64,000 nt of DNA, taken from assembly GCA_037142195.1 (NCBI GenBank), contig JBAXBA010000007.1, positions 1-64,000 on the forward strand, given 5' to 3'. Below are positions 32,081-43,022 of the stretch, in pieces (within the stretch, counting starts at the first letter, position 1; every line of letters starts with the position of its first letter). The position numbers and the translations under genes were made by a program. A model generated the notes under the pieces. It made no database searches, was not told the DNA's origin, and saw only the letters and a list, made by a program, of their open reading frames with translations. The DNA is from Pseudomonadota bacterium. GTDB taxonomy: Bacteria; Bdellovibrionota_B; Oligoflexia; Oligoflexales; CAIMVM01.

Positions 32081-35039
32081 TGAAGCAAAAATTGAAGAGT
32101 CTCTCATCGAACGGCTCCAAGATTTGAAATACACCTACCGCCCGGACATACGAGATCGGGAATCACTTGAAAGAAACTTTCTTGAAAAGTTTGAAGCTCT
32201 CAATCAAGTCAAACTTTCCAACTCTGAGTTTGAGCGACTCAAAGAAGAGATTGTTACCGCGGATGTCTTTAAGGCAGCCAAGACATTGCGCGAGCGAAAT
32301 ACCTTCATCCGTGAAGACGGCACGCCCCTTCAATATACGCTGGTTAACATTAAGGACTGGTGCAAAAACGAGTTTGAAGTCATTAACCAACTTCGCATCA
32401 ATACAGCTAATAGCCATCATCGCTACGACGTAGTACTTTTGATCAACGGGGCTCCTATAACTCAGATTGAGCTAAAGACACTTGAAATCAATCCCCGTCG
32501 AGCGATGGAGCAGATCGTTGAATATAAAAACGATACGGGCAATGGGTACTCTAACACACTTCTGTGCTTTCTTCAGATTTTCATCGTCAGTAACAAGAAC
32601 AACACTTATTACTTCGCGAACAATCATAAACAACATTTTGCATTTAACGCAGAAGAACGATTTCTGCCCATCTATCAACTTGCAGATGAAGCGAATAACA
32701 AAATCACGCACCTTCATGACTTCGCCGAAAAGTTTCTTTCCAAATGTAAATTGGGCGAACTGATAAGTCGGTACATGGTTCTCGTGGTAAGCGAACAAAA
32801 GCTCATGATCATGCGTCCGTACCAAATCTATGCTGTGAAGGCGATCATTGAGTGCATCAAACAGAATCGCGGCAATGGTTACATCTGGCACACGACGGGA
32901 TCAGGTAAAACTCTAACTTCGTTTAAGACTTCGACCCTCCTAAAAGAGAACAATGACATTCACAAATGCTTGTTCGTTGTGGACCGAAAAGACTTGGACC
33001 GCCAAACGCGCGAGGAATTCAATAAATTTCAAGAAGGCTGCGTTGAGCAAAACACCAACACGGGCGCTTTGGTTAAGAGACTTTTATCCGATGATCATGC
33101 CGACAAAGTCATCGTCACCACAATTCAGAAGCTTGGAATCGCGCTTAGCGAAAGCAAATGGAAGGATAAACTCGCGTCTTTGAGCGACAAGCGCATGGCA
33201 ATCATTTTCGATGAATGTCACCGCTCTCAATTTGGCGAAAACCATAAAGCCATTAAGACTTTCTTTCCAAATGCGCAGCTCTTTGGATTTACCGGCACGC
33301 CGATCTTCTCAGAAAATGCTAACTACAAGCAGATCGATGGCACTGAGGCTACCTACAGAACAACGCAAGATATTTTCGAAAAAGAACTTCACGCCTATAC
33401 CATCACCAACGCCATTGATGATCGGAACGTTCTTCGATTTCATATTGATTACTTTAAGCCGGAAATCGAAAGCGAGCTAAAATCAAAACGGAAGATTGAA
33501 CCGAGCGAGACAGTGACAAAAGAAGCCGTTGTCCGAGCTGTTTTGGAAAAGCACGACAAGGCGACGAACGACCGCAGATTCAACGCGATTCTTGCTACCT
33601 CATCCATCAATGACGCCATTGATTACTACAACCTTTTCACTGAGCTGGAAGATGAGAGACGAAAAGTCGATGATTCTTACTTTCCTCTCAATGTGGCCTG
33701 TGTATTTTCACCGCCAGCCTACGGCAATCAAGATGTAAGGCAGCTCCAAGAAGATCTACCCCAGGAGAGCCAAGACAATCAGATCGATCCTGATAAGAAG
33801 TATGCAGCAATCGCACACATCATGGATGATTACAACGCTCTCTTCGGCACGAATCATCGTGTTGAAGAATTTGACCTCTATTTCCAAGACGTCCAGAAGC
33901 GAATCAAAGATCAACGATTTTCAAATCAAGACTACCCTCGCCGGAACAAAATCGACATTGTGATTGTCGTCGATATGTTGCTAACTGGCTTTGACTCCAA
34001 GTATCTCAATACTCTCTATGTTGATAAAAATCTAAAATACCACGGCCTAATTCAGGCATTTTCGCGAACAAATCGCGTTCTAAACGACATCAAGCCTTAC
34101 GGAAACATACTTGACTTCAGGAGCCAGCAATCGGCAGTCGATGGGGCGATTAAACTCTTCTCTGGAAAGAAAGGCGAGCAGGCCAAAGAGATTTGGCTTG
34201 TAGAATCAGCGCCAAAAGTGATCAAAAAACTGAACTCGGCAGCAAAATCTTTGGAAGACTTCCTGAAGGAGCAAAACCTGCCATGCTCACCTGACTCCGC
34301 ACACAAACTAAAAGGCGACGAGGCCAGAGCTGAGTTTTTAAACAAGTTTAAAGAAGTCCAGCGCCTCAAGACTCAGCTTGACCAGTACACAGACCTCACA
34401 CCAGAGCAAAAGACGACTGTTGAAAAGGCAGTGCCGGAAGAAGAACTGCGCGGATTTCGAGGGGCTTATCTTGAGATTGCCAGAAATTTTAAAGACAAGA
34501 GAGGAAAAGACGATTCTGGCGGTGCGATAGAGCAGCTTGATTTTGAATTTGTTCTTTTTAGTTCAGCGATCATTGATTACGACTACATCATGAAACTGAT
34601 TGCCCAATATTCGCAGGGCAAGTCAAAGCACAAGATGACTCGTGATCAATTGATTGGTCTTCTCGCCGCTAATTCCAACTTCATGGAAGAGCGTGACGAT
34701 ATCATTTCCTATATCAATACGCTCAAGGCGGGAGAAGGCTTGACGGAGGAACAGGTTAGCGAAGGATTCAAGAGGTTCAAAGATCAGAAAACATGGACAG
34801 TCATTGCGGGTATCGCCACAAAGCACGGCCTTGATGCGGGCGTGCTGTATGAGTTTGTGGAAAGCATCATAGATCGCATGATTTTTGATGGTGATAAGCT
34901 GAGCGATCTAATGGAGCCGTTTGATCTTGGATGGAAAGAGCGCACTGAAAAAGAAGTTGCATTGATGAGAGATTTGATTCCGCTCTTCAAGAGGCTTGCG
35001 AATGGACGGGAAATTTCAGGGTTGGCAGCTTATGAGTAG
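32070..35039 (+). CDS. hsdR: Type I restriction endonuclease subunit R
   Basis: D...QIELK nuclease, HTTGSGKT, DECHR, FTGTP, MLLTGFD, QAFSRTNR. Confidence 0.96.
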   Translation: MVLNEAKIEESLIERLQDLKYTYRPDIRDRESLERNFLEKFEALNQVKLSNSEFERLKEEIVTADVFKAAKTLRERNTFIREDGTPLQYTLVNIKDWCKNEFEVINQLRINTANSHHRYDVVLLINGAPITQIELKTLEINPRRAMEQIVEYKNDTGNGYSNTLLCFLQIFIVSNKNNTYYFANNHKQHFAFNAEERFLPIYQLADEANNKITHLHDFAEKFLSKCKLGELISRYMVLVVSEQKLMIMRPYQIYAVKAIIECIKQNRGNGYIWHTTGSGKTLTSFKTSTLLKENNDIHKCLFVVDRKDLDRQTREEFNKFQEGCVEQNTNTGALVKRLLSDDHADKVIVTTIQKLGIALSESKWKDKLASLSDKRMAIIFDECHRSQFGENHKAIKTFFPNAQLFGFTGTPIFSENANYKQIDGTEATYRTTQDIFEKELHAYTITNAIDDRNVLRFHIDYFKPEIESELKSKRKIEPSETVTKEAVVRAVLEKHDKATNDRRFNAILATSSINDAIDYYNLFTELEDERRKVDDSYFPLNVACVFSPPAYGNQDVRQLQEDLPQESQDNQIDPDKKYAAIAHIMDDYNALFGTNHRVEEFDLYFQDVQKRIKDQRFSNQDYPRRNKIDIVIVVDMLLTGFDSKYLNTLYVDKNLKYHGLIQAFSRTNRVLNDIKPYGNILDFRSQQSAVDGAIKLFSGKKGEQAKEIWLVESAPKVIKKLNSAAKSLEDFLKEQNLPCSPDSAHKLKGDEARAEFLNKFKEVQRLKTQLDQYTDLTPEQKTTVEKAVPEEELRGFRGAYLEIARNFKDKRGKDDSGGAIEQLDFEFVLFSSAIIDYDYIMKLIAQYSQGKSKHKMTRDQLIGLLAANSNFMEERDDIISYINTLKAGEGLTEEQVSEGFKRFKDQKTWTVIAGIATKHGLDAGVLYEFVESIIDRMIFDGDKLSDLMEPFDLGWKERTEKEVALMRDLIPLFKRLANGREISGLAAYE

Positions 35040-36219
35040 AGAAGCAGGAAAGTTTGCAGCACCAAGACTGAGGTTTCCCGAATTCTCCAATGCGGGGAAT
35101 TGGCAGGAAAAAAACTTTCAAGATTTGTTCGAGATCGGGAGTGGAAAGGACTACAAGCATTTAAATGTGGGCGACATCCCCGTTTATGGATCTGGCGGCT
35201 ACATGCTCTCCGTTGATTACTATTTGCACGAAGGTGAGAGTGCTTGCATTGGTCGAAAAGGAACTATCGATAATCCGATTTTTCTTACTGGCAAATTTTG
35301 GACTGTAGATACACTTTTCTACACGCACTCCTTTAAGGGGTGCTTGCCAAAATATATCTTTTACATCTTCCAAAGGATTGAATGGCGCAAGCACAATGAG
35401 GCGGGCGGAATTCCTAGCTTATCTAAAGAAATCATAAACAAGATTAAAACTTTTGTACCTCCCAAAATTGAGGAGCAGAAAAAAATCACTGACTGCCTTT
35501 GCTCCATCGACGAGCTAATCACCGCTCAAAACGATAAAGTCGCCGCGCTCAAAGCTCATAAAAGAGGGATTCTGCAACAACTTTTCCCTCAAGAGGGCGA
35601 GGCAATCCCGAGACTGCGGTTTCCTGAGTTCGCGAAAGATGGTGATTGGAGCTTGTATACGCTTGGTGAGATTTCTAGTTATGAAAATGGCAAGGCTCAT
35701 GAGCAGGATATTACTGATGACGGCAAGTATATTGTGGCTAATTCAAAGTTCATTTCGACTGATGGTGAAGTCAGAAAGTTCACAAACACACCTTTCCTCG
35801 TTGCAAACCAGAACGATATCCTGATGGTGTTAAGCGACGTCCCGAATGGACGAGCAATTGCACGATGCTACTACGTTGAAAGAAATGACTATATAACTAT
35901 CAATCAACGCATTTGTAGAATTATTGCGGAGGAAGTTGAAAGTTATTTTCTGTTCTACGTCCTCAATAGAAATCCTTACTTTTTGAAATACGATGATGGC
36001 GTTAAACAAACTAATTTGAGCAAGGGTGATGTTCTAAATTGCCCAGTCTTTGTACCCGCAAGTAAGGATGAACAACGAAAGATTGTGGGCACACTTTCAT
36101 CTATTGATTCTTTAATTTTGGCGGAAACTGAAAAAGCTGCGTCGCTTGTCGCGCACAAACGAGGTCTTCTCCAACAACTCTTTCCGGTTTTGCAACGCGA
36201 ATTTCAAGGGGGTGACTAA
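35032..36219 (+). CDS. hsdS: Type I R-M specificity subunit
   Basis: Two TRDs with repeated PRLRFPEF and EQxKI...QQLFP conserved regions. Confidence 0.95.
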   Translation: MSREAGKFAAPRLRFPEFSNAGNWQEKNFQDLFEIGSGKDYKHLNVGDIPVYGSGGYMLSVDYYLHEGESACIGRKGTIDNPIFLTGKFWTVDTLFYTHSFKGCLPKYIFYIFQRIEWRKHNEAGGIPSLSKEIINKIKTFVPPKIEEQKKITDCLCSIDELITAQNDKVAALKAHKRGILQQLFPQEGEAIPRLRFPEFAKDGDWSLYTLGEISSYENGKAHEQDITDDGKYIVANSKFISTDGEVRKFTNTPFLVANQNDILMVLSDVPNGRAIARCYYVERNDYITINQRICRIIAEEVESYFLFYVLNRNPYFLKYDDGVKQTNLSKGDVLNCPVFVPASKDEQRKIVGTLSSIDSLILAETEKAASLVAHKRGLLQQLFPVLQREFQGGD

Positions 36220-37295
36220 TGTCACTCGACCGAATAGCAGAGGAGGTAAAGAGCATAAATAAGAACATCACTCTGATTTATGCCTTCAATACAACCGGAA
36301 AAACACGTCTCTCAATAGCGTATAAAAACCTTACAAAGGACGCGAGTTCTGGTGTTCACGCAGGAGTTTATTACAACGCCTTCAGCGAAGACTTGTTCAC
36401 CTGGGACAATGACATCGAAAACGATGAAGCCAACATACGATTGCTTGTCAAGAGTAGCAGTCTAAGCAGGCTACACTCTTCATTTACCGAAGAAAATGTC
36501 ATGAGGAAGCTGGAACAATACAAACCCAGATTTAACTTCTTTTTTGACTATCACGACGATGTTCAGTTGGGAATCAAATCGATTTCATTCCATTTGCCCG
36601 AGAGTGAAAATCAAACAATCAAGATATCAAGGGGTGAAGAAAGAATTTTTATCTGGTGCCTTTTCCTAGCTATGTTTGAAGTTGAGGGATGGACTGATGT
36701 GCAAAACAGCCATTTTTTTATTGATGACCCAGTTTCAAGTCTCGACCATCACAATATTTTCATTACCGCAGCCACTTTATACCAATTGATCGAGCGCTAT
36801 TACGAAAAAAGAAAAATCATTATCACTACCCATCACATCGGTCTCTTTTCGATTTTAGCGGATTGGCTCACAAAGGGCGAAAAGAGTGATCGTTACAAAC
36901 CCGTCACCGCGCTGAGGATTTTGTCTCGGAAAGACGGTACGCTCGCCCTTGAAACCAATAAAAGCGACGTTTTTCTTCACCATCTTCATTTAATCCAGAT
37001 CCTAAACAATGCGGTTAAAACGGGGTTGGAGTCTTATCACTTCGCGCTTTTAAGGCAGATACTTGAAAACATTTCATCATTTCTTGGCGTTGGCCGCATA
37101 AGCTACGTTCTTGAGCAAATTGGGATAGAAAATCCGGGTGAAAATTTGCGAATCGTAAACAACCTCTCCCACGAGAATGTTTACAGATTGAAACCAGTAA
37201 GAATGCATCCTGACAACGAGGAACTATTTTTTAACATTTTTATCAAACTGAAAGAGAAGTATCAGTTTGTTACCCATTCGGAGTCTAATTCATGA
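36219..37295 (+). CDS. prrC: PrrC-family anticodon nuclease
   Basis: IYAFNTTGKTRLS, YYNAFSEDLFTWDND, SRGEE, FIDDPVSSLD, LLRQILE...SFLG, RIVNNLSH; inside a type I hsd locus. Confidence 0.9.
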   Translation: MSLDRIAEEVKSINKNITLIYAFNTTGKTRLSIAYKNLTKDASSGVHAGVYYNAFSEDLFTWDNDIENDEANIRLLVKSSSLSRLHSSFTEENVMRKLEQYKPRFNFFFDYHDDVQLGIKSISFHLPESENQTIKISRGEERIFIWCLFLAMFEVEGWTDVQNSHFFIDDPVSSLDHHNIFITAATLYQLIERYYEKRKIIITTHHIGLFSILADWLTKGEKSDRYKPVTALRILSRKDGTLALETNKSDVFLHHLHLIQILNNAVKTGLESYHFALLRQILENISSFLGVGRISYVLEQIGIENPGENLRIVNNLSHENVYRLKPVRMHPDNEELFFNIFIKLKEKYQFVTHSESNS

Positions 37296-38905
37296 CGAGA
37301 CAGAAACTCAATCAACTTGGGAAAACACTATGGGATATCGCGGATGATTTGCGCGGAGCAATGAATGCGGACGATTTCCGTGACTATATGCTCTCATTCC
37401 TGTTCCTGCGCTATCTCTCGGATAACTACGAAGCAGCGGCTCAAAAAGAGCTGGGGAAGGATTACCCTAAGCCAAAAAACGGTAGCAAGGAAGCTCCGCT
37501 GGCAATTTGGCACCAAGAAAATAAGAAAGATGTCGACGCTTTTGAAAAGCAAATGCGCCGCAAGGTTCATTATGTAATCAAACCTGAATATCTCTGGACG
37601 AACATCGCAGAACTCGCTCGAACCCAGCACCATGATCTTCTTCAAATACTTGAAAAGGGTTTCAAATATATCGAGAACGAGTCATTTGAGAGCACCTTCC
37701 AGGGCTTATTCTCAGAAATAAATCTGAATTCGGACAAGCTCGGTAGGAAATACGACGATCGAAACAAAAAACTCTGTACGATCGTGCAAAAGATTGCTGA
37801 GGGCATCTCTAAATTCTCCGCTGATAGCGACACTTTAGGTGACGCGTATGAGTATTTGATCGGGCAATTTGCGGCGGGATCAGGAAAAAAGGCCGGGGAA
37901 TTCTATACTCCGCAAACTTTGTCCACCATTTTGTCTGAGATTGTTTCCCTGGATAGCCAAGATCCTTCGCGCGGACCTAAGAAAAAACTCGACAAGGTTT
38001 TGGACTTTGCTTGCGGTTCAGGTTCCTTGCTCTTAAACGTCAGGCGCCGCACCCAGGAATACAAGGGCAGTATCGGTAAAATATTTGGGCAAGAGAATAA
38101 TATCACTACTTACAACCTTGCGCGCATGAACATGCTTCTGCATGGACTGAAAGATACTGAGTTCGAAATTCATCATGGTGACTCGCTCTTAAACGACTGG
38201 GACTTGTTGAATGAAATGAACCCATCCAAGAAGTTGGAGTGCGATGCAATAGTCGCTAATCCACCGTTTAGCCTCCGGTGGGAACCCACAGATGCTTTGG
38301 GTGATGATTTTAGATTCAAAAACTACGGTCTCGCTCCTAAGTCTGCTGCTGATTTTGCGTTCCTCCTACACGGATTTCACTTTCTTTCTGACGAAGGAAC
38401 CATGGCAATCATCTTACCTCACGGAGTTTTGTTCCGAGGAGGGGCTGAACTAGAGATCCGAAAAAAACTATTGAAGGATAACCACATCGATACGGTTATC
38501 GGCCTACCTTCAAACCTGTTCTATTCAACTGGCATCCCTGTTTGCATACTAGTTCTGAAAAAATGCAAAAAATTTGATGACGTTCTCTTCATCAATGCTA
38601 GCGAGCATTTCGAAAAGGGCAAGCGCCAAAACTCTTTGCGTGAAGAGGATATTTCAAAGATCGTTGATGCATATAGAGATCGCAAGGAAGAACCTCGATA
38701 CTCCAGGCGAGTTTCGCTCGATGCAATCGAGAAGAAACACGATTTTAACCTAAACATCTCACGTTATGTAGTAACGGCTAAGCCGGACGAAGATGTCGAA
38801 CTTTCAGAAGTTCATAAGCAGATTGTGGCCATCAATCAGCGAGCTGAAGAAGCTAGAGCCAAGCACAATGTTTTTTTGAAAGAACTTGGTTTGAGGGAGA
38901 TTTGA
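37292..38905 (+). CDS. hsdM: Type I R-M methyltransferase
   Basis: GEFYTP, DFACGSGSLL, NPPF, FNLNISRY. Confidence 0.96.
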   Translation: MTRQKLNQLGKTLWDIADDLRGAMNADDFRDYMLSFLFLRYLSDNYEAAAQKELGKDYPKPKNGSKEAPLAIWHQENKKDVDAFEKQMRRKVHYVIKPEYLWTNIAELARTQHHDLLQILEKGFKYIENESFESTFQGLFSEINLNSDKLGRKYDDRNKKLCTIVQKIAEGISKFSADSDTLGDAYEYLIGQFAAGSGKKAGEFYTPQTLSTILSEIVSLDSQDPSRGPKKKLDKVLDFACGSGSLLLNVRRRTQEYKGSIGKIFGQENNITTYNLARMNMLLHGLKDTEFEIHHGDSLLNDWDLLNEMNPSKKLECDAIVANPPFSLRWEPTDALGDDFRFKNYGLAPKSAADFAFLLHGFHFLSDEGTMAIILPHGVLFRGGAELEIRKKLLKDNHIDTVIGLPSNLFYSTGIPVCILVLKKCKKFDDVLFINASEHFEKGKRQNSLREEDISKIVDAYRDRKEEPRYSRRVSLDAIEKKHDFNLNISRYVVTAKPDEDVELSEVHKQIVAINQRAEEARAKHNVFLKELGLREI

Positions 38906-39174
38906 TGTATCAGAGACGAGAATCGTACAGCGCGAGGTGTTGGCTAATCATTCATGACTGCATTGCCTCTATCGAGGGACCGACTCGCATTGGAAATAAT
39001 TAGGCATGCGAGGTAAGATCAGCAGCGCTGCGCAGATTCAGGATATTTAAATTAAAGCTCGCGAAAATTATGTAGAAAAATTGTAAGATGCACGGATTTG
39101 TCACACGGCAATTATATAAGCAGGGAAAATAGTTTTGAACCAACATGTAACAGACATTTGCCTAAGGGGTCCAA

Positions 39175-40995
39175 ATGGAATTTTGTCAAAAAGCTCAAGC
39201 AAACGCTTTTGGCGACTGGAAGGTACCAGAGAAGCTTAAGTCCGAGTACTGCTATCTGGAACTTAGGGATGCCTTTCGTTATCTTTCTTGTCTGGTAGAA
39301 AGTCAAGGTCAAGAAGCTCTCGCTGATAATATCGCAGTTCTCGCAAAAATATGCGAGATGGTTTTATCATTGAGCGATGCTGCCACTCCTTTTAGGGCTT
39401 TGGAAACTTTGCAGAATTGTTCAAGCACCGATTCACTTGATGACTTCGTTGATGTTCATTTTGAGGTTCTTGAATCGGCATTGTCCCTCACATCAAACTT
39501 TGCAATTTTAGCAAGGATTTTAGATGTTATTTGGACAAGAAAGCAACCGAGTAATAGAAATTATGCAATAGGCGCGATCAAGAACTATGTTGCGTTGGCA
39601 GCAGAAATTCGCATTAATCAAACTGATAAGCTTGTTTATGCAAGCAAGTACCTAGAACGATCAATTCAGCTTTGGAAACTAATTAGGTCTGACCCACAAA
39701 TCCGCAAGAGCATTGAAGATGAAATTGAAATGAGTTTGATGAGCAGCAATTCAGATTCCAGTAGTTTTATCCATTATTATTATTTCAAATTGCTTCCTTC
39801 TATAGCGCAGCATTCAGGCCTTGAGAAATGGAAAGTAATCGGAGAAAAGTTTGTTGACGAAAGCATAAAGCAAAAGAATTTTGAGAAAGCACGAGGATAC
39901 ATTGCTACAATTCGCTTGCTTTACAAGAACGGAAAAGACCTTTCTAATGCAGAGCTATTTAGAGGAATGCAAACAGATCTTTTTGTCGACGAGGCAAGAG
40001 AGATGCGTCATGCGGGAGGAGAGCCTGTTGCCTTGCAGTATTTTTTTAGCAAAGCAATCGCGGAATGTCGTAATACGAAAGGAAAAAATTCCATTTCTAA
40101 GGAACTCCACAAAGAATTGCTGGAGATTCAGAAACTGATTCCTGGACAACTTAAAGGATATCCCATGAATTTTGACTTATCATCGGAGATAGATTATTTG
40201 TTTGAAGTCCTTGACAAGCAAAACTTTGGAAGTGTTTTCAAGATTATCGCCAGAGAAGTCAGCCCCGCTTCAAAGATGAAGTTGTTTTCCGAAGCTGAGT
40301 GCCAATTGGAAGAATTCAGCATTCAGAGTGGCAAAAGGTCGATGGTAGATGAAAAAGGCAAAATCATTGCGAAAAGATCGGGACGAGGAGCAACACTTCA
40401 AGAACTAGCTGCGGCAGTCCGCTCGAGAGCAAGTCAGAACCTTTTAGTGACATTTAGAAAAAAAGGGTTTGTGTTGTTACGGGCGCAATTACAAATTGTT
40501 AATCGTTCAGATTTTGACGAGTCGTTGATCGACTCTCTTGTTTGTACAAGCTCATTTGTGCCGGCATCTCGTCGCGAACAGATTAAGCGAGGAATTCTCA
40601 CTGGTCTGCAAGGAGATTGGATTTCTTGTGTCTCGATTTTAACACCGCAACTTGAAAATTCGTTGCGGCATATCATGCAGAATGCCGGGCACAATATGGC
40701 CTGCATCGACCATTTTGGGATTCAGAAAGAAAAAGATTTGAATGATTTCATTGAAACAGAAGAATTTAGAAATTTGGTAGGCGAAGATATGCAGTTTCAG
40801 CTTCAAGTCCTTCTATGTGATAGGGCAGGTTTAAATTTGAGAAACAACGTGGCGCATGGGCTGCTTACGGATAATGCAGCACTTTCTGGGACTTCTGCAT
40901 TCCTTTGGGCACTAACAATATTGCTTTGCGATAATTTTCAAGAAGGCTCCAATGCTGTACCTGCGTCCTTACATAATACGGACGATCCAAACTAA
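39175..40995 (+). CDS. DUF4209-domain protein with C-terminal HEPN-like motif
   Basis: PQLENSLR...GLNLRNNVAHG (RxxxxH); helical N-terminus. Confidence 0.72.
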   Translation: MEFCQKAQANAFGDWKVPEKLKSEYCYLELRDAFRYLSCLVESQGQEALADNIAVLAKICEMVLSLSDAATPFRALETLQNCSSTDSLDDFVDVHFEVLESALSLTSNFAILARILDVIWTRKQPSNRNYAIGAIKNYVALAAEIRINQTDKLVYASKYLERSIQLWKLIRSDPQIRKSIEDEIEMSLMSSNSDSSSFIHYYYFKLLPSIAQHSGLEKWKVIGEKFVDESIKQKNFEKARGYIATIRLLYKNGKDLSNAELFRGMQTDLFVDEAREMRHAGGEPVALQYFFSKAIAECRNTKGKNSISKELHKELLEIQKLIPGQLKGYPMNFDLSSEIDYLFEVLDKQNFGSVFKIIAREVSPASKMKLFSEAECQLEEFSIQSGKRSMVDEKGKIIAKRSGRGATLQELAAAVRSRASQNLLVTFRKKGFVLLRAQLQIVNRSDFDESLIDSLVCTSSFVPASRREQIKRGILTGLQGDWISCVSILTPQLENSLRHIMQNAGHNMACIDHFGIQKEKDLNDFIETEEFRNLVGEDMQFQLQVLLCDRAGLNLRNNVAHGLLTDNAALSGTSAFLWALTILLCDNFQEGSNAVPASLHNTDDPN

Positions 40996-41602
40996 GAGCC
41001 GTGCAACTAATCCAGACAATTTAGTTTCAATAAACGAATTTTCCACGAATTGTGAATAATAGTCTCTACTTTGCCAACTTCAATGCATTTCAAATGTCCC
41101 AAGGGCCAATCATCTCAGAAGTCTAGAAAATTGCCCATAATAGAACGCAGCCAGGAACATCATGCCACCAATCATCCTTCTATTTTCAATGACTGCAAAG
41201 GCCCGTCTGGCAGCGCTATACTATAAATGGGAAAGGCAAATGCAAAATTTAGCCTAAGATATTCGAAAGATTTAAGAAAGAGTTTGAACGCCAATCAAAG
41301 TCCATAGAATTCTTGCTCGAAAAGAATCCACATACAGACTGGTAAGTTTTGGCGCTCTGAAAGTGCGGCTCAATTGGAGGAGTTGACCTTATGGAAAAAA
41401 CATAATATTGCTATTTGAGGCAAAAAATTTGCACATTTAAATTGACACTACCGGCATTCGAGGAAGAGATTTTATGTGTGGACGCAAAACGCAAAGAGGA
41501 GCTACCGCGATGAATGCTTGAGTACTACAAGAAGGATGGGTGTTTCATTGTCGAGTTGTTTAGGTGACTTTTCAATATTTATGGAAGATAGGAGGTGAAA
41601 TC

Positions 41603-42451
41603 ATGGACCCAATAACAACATTGGCCATTTCGAGCGCGATTGGGGGTGCCGCCGGATCTTTTGTTAAAGAAATTTCTACGAACGGTGTGAAGTGGCTCAT
41701 TGAGTTGGTGACGACTCAGTCTACCGAGATGCAGGAAATTGCTAAAAGGAATATGGAAAACTTTGTGATTCGCCTTGCTCAAAGGGTGGAAAGGCTGGAG
41801 AAAGATATTGATCCAAGCCAAGCATTTGTTTTTGAGGATGCTCTGAAACACCCGAGCAGCGCACTTCTCATAAAAGGAGCGATGATTGATGCGGCGGCCA
41901 CCGAAAATCAGGACAAGCACGAGATTTTGTCTGAGCTGATTGCACAGCGCCTAACGGCCGGTGCTGATGATATGATCGCGTTAGCTGGTGCAGCCGCATG
42001 CAATGTTGTGACGTCATTATCCAGTCGCCAAATTAAAGCTTTAGCCGTCCTTGTAACTACTCATGCGGTGCGTCCTCTTGTCCCACCGACGATAAATGAC
42101 GGCGCTCAAGCTGCCGTCGTAGTCGAAAAATGGTGGTCAGATAATCTAGGTCCCTTACTCGCGAATTCGGATTTTGCGGCAAGTAATAATTTGGACTTCG
42201 AACATTTGGCCGCCATGGGGTGTATCCGCATAAGCATCGGATTACAGAATTTTTCTGAAGTTCTGGTTAGTGGAATAGTTCAGCCGAATCCAGCCGCCAA
42301 TGTAGATTCCTTTAAGGGTAAGGCATGGTTTGACAGCATTAACTCAAAATGGGAGTTACTGGGTCACGCTACTCCAACGTCCATCGGGCAGCTAATCGGT
42401 ATTTTGCATAGAGACGCTAAGTTGGGGTCTTCTACCAAGATTAACTGGTGA
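41603..42451 (+). CDS. Hypothetical protein (LPO_1073/Vpar_1526-like resemblance)
   Basis: ATG after AGGAGG; AAAT...HEILSELIAQRL and FEHLAAMGCI segments. Confidence 0.6.
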   Translation: MDPITTLAISSAIGGAAGSFVKEISTNGVKWLIELVTTQSTEMQEIAKRNMENFVIRLAQRVERLEKDIDPSQAFVFEDALKHPSSALLIKGAMIDAAATENQDKHEILSELIAQRLTAGADDMIALAGAAACNVVTSLSSRQIKALAVLVTTHAVRPLVPPTINDGAQAAVVVEKWWSDNLGPLLANSDFAASNNLDFEHLAAMGCIRISIGLQNFSEVLVSGIVQPNPAANVDSFKGKAWFDSINSKWELLGHATPTSIGQLIGILHRDAKLGSSTKINW

Positions 42452-42473
42452 CATACTATTTGAAAATCTAGTC

Positions 42474-42647
42474 CTACATCCCTAGCCGGGCATTCAGCAT
42501 CTTCAAGCTGACCAGTCCTTTTGGTAAGGACTGACAGGCCTTCTTGGCGGCTTTTTCCATGCAGGCTGCTGAAATTGCTCCAGCCGTTACTAGGACGACC
42601 AGACCTTTGAGAATCGCACCATAGAGAGACGTGATACTTCGAATCAT
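42474..42647 (-). CDS. Small 57-aa membrane-associated protein at the element's right end (not in ORF track)
   Basis: MIRSITSLYGAILKGLVVLVTAGAISAACMEKAAKK...; lies just downstream of the integrase in the circular form. Confidence 0.45.
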   Translation of the reverse strand: MIRSITSLYGAILKGLVVLVTAGAISAACMEKAAKKACQSLPKGLVSLKMLNARLGM

Positions 42648-42742
42648 GCGTAAACCACCGTTTTTTCTTGCTTTTCATCGATTGCCAGACCGACTACTCG
42701 TCTATTTTTTCCACCGAACCAGGCACGTTTCCCCCACTTGAA

Positions 42743-42774
42743 GGGGTTCGACTACTATAGCGTCACCTCCACCA
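42743..42774 (+). repeat. attR (P arm GGGGTTCGACTACT plus core ACCTCCACCA)
   Basis: Core identical to the last 10 nt of the tRNA; arm is an inverted copy of 10068-10081 at identical 8-nt spacing. Confidence 0.9.
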
Positions 42775-42968
42775 GTACCTACAATAAACGAACCACGGAC
42801 CGATTGTGTACCGCTTGGACCGTTTGAAAAAAAGGACTGGTTTGTAGATTTAAAAGGCAAGGCCCCGGGAGATGACTACGGAGCCCGGCAGTAATTCAGG
42901 CCATTTTATTCATTCATCATCCAAAATTCGTTTAGTCGATTTTAGATTGTCCGAATTCAGTGCACGGC
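42769..42968 (+). repeat. ~200-bp repeat, blocks in order A-B
   Basis: Shares CGAACCACGGACCGATTGTGTACCG and TTTTAGATTGTCCGAATT with 45805-46005. Confidence 0.85.
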
Positions 42969-43022
42969 GAATATTCATCAGGACATTGCTAAATTCGTTT
43001 GACCCGGCGCACTGCGCAATAT

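Noticed and set aside
35032..36219. Repeats in hsdS as a phase-variable shufflon
   Set aside because: They are the normal direct conserved regions; no inverted silent TRD or invertase is present
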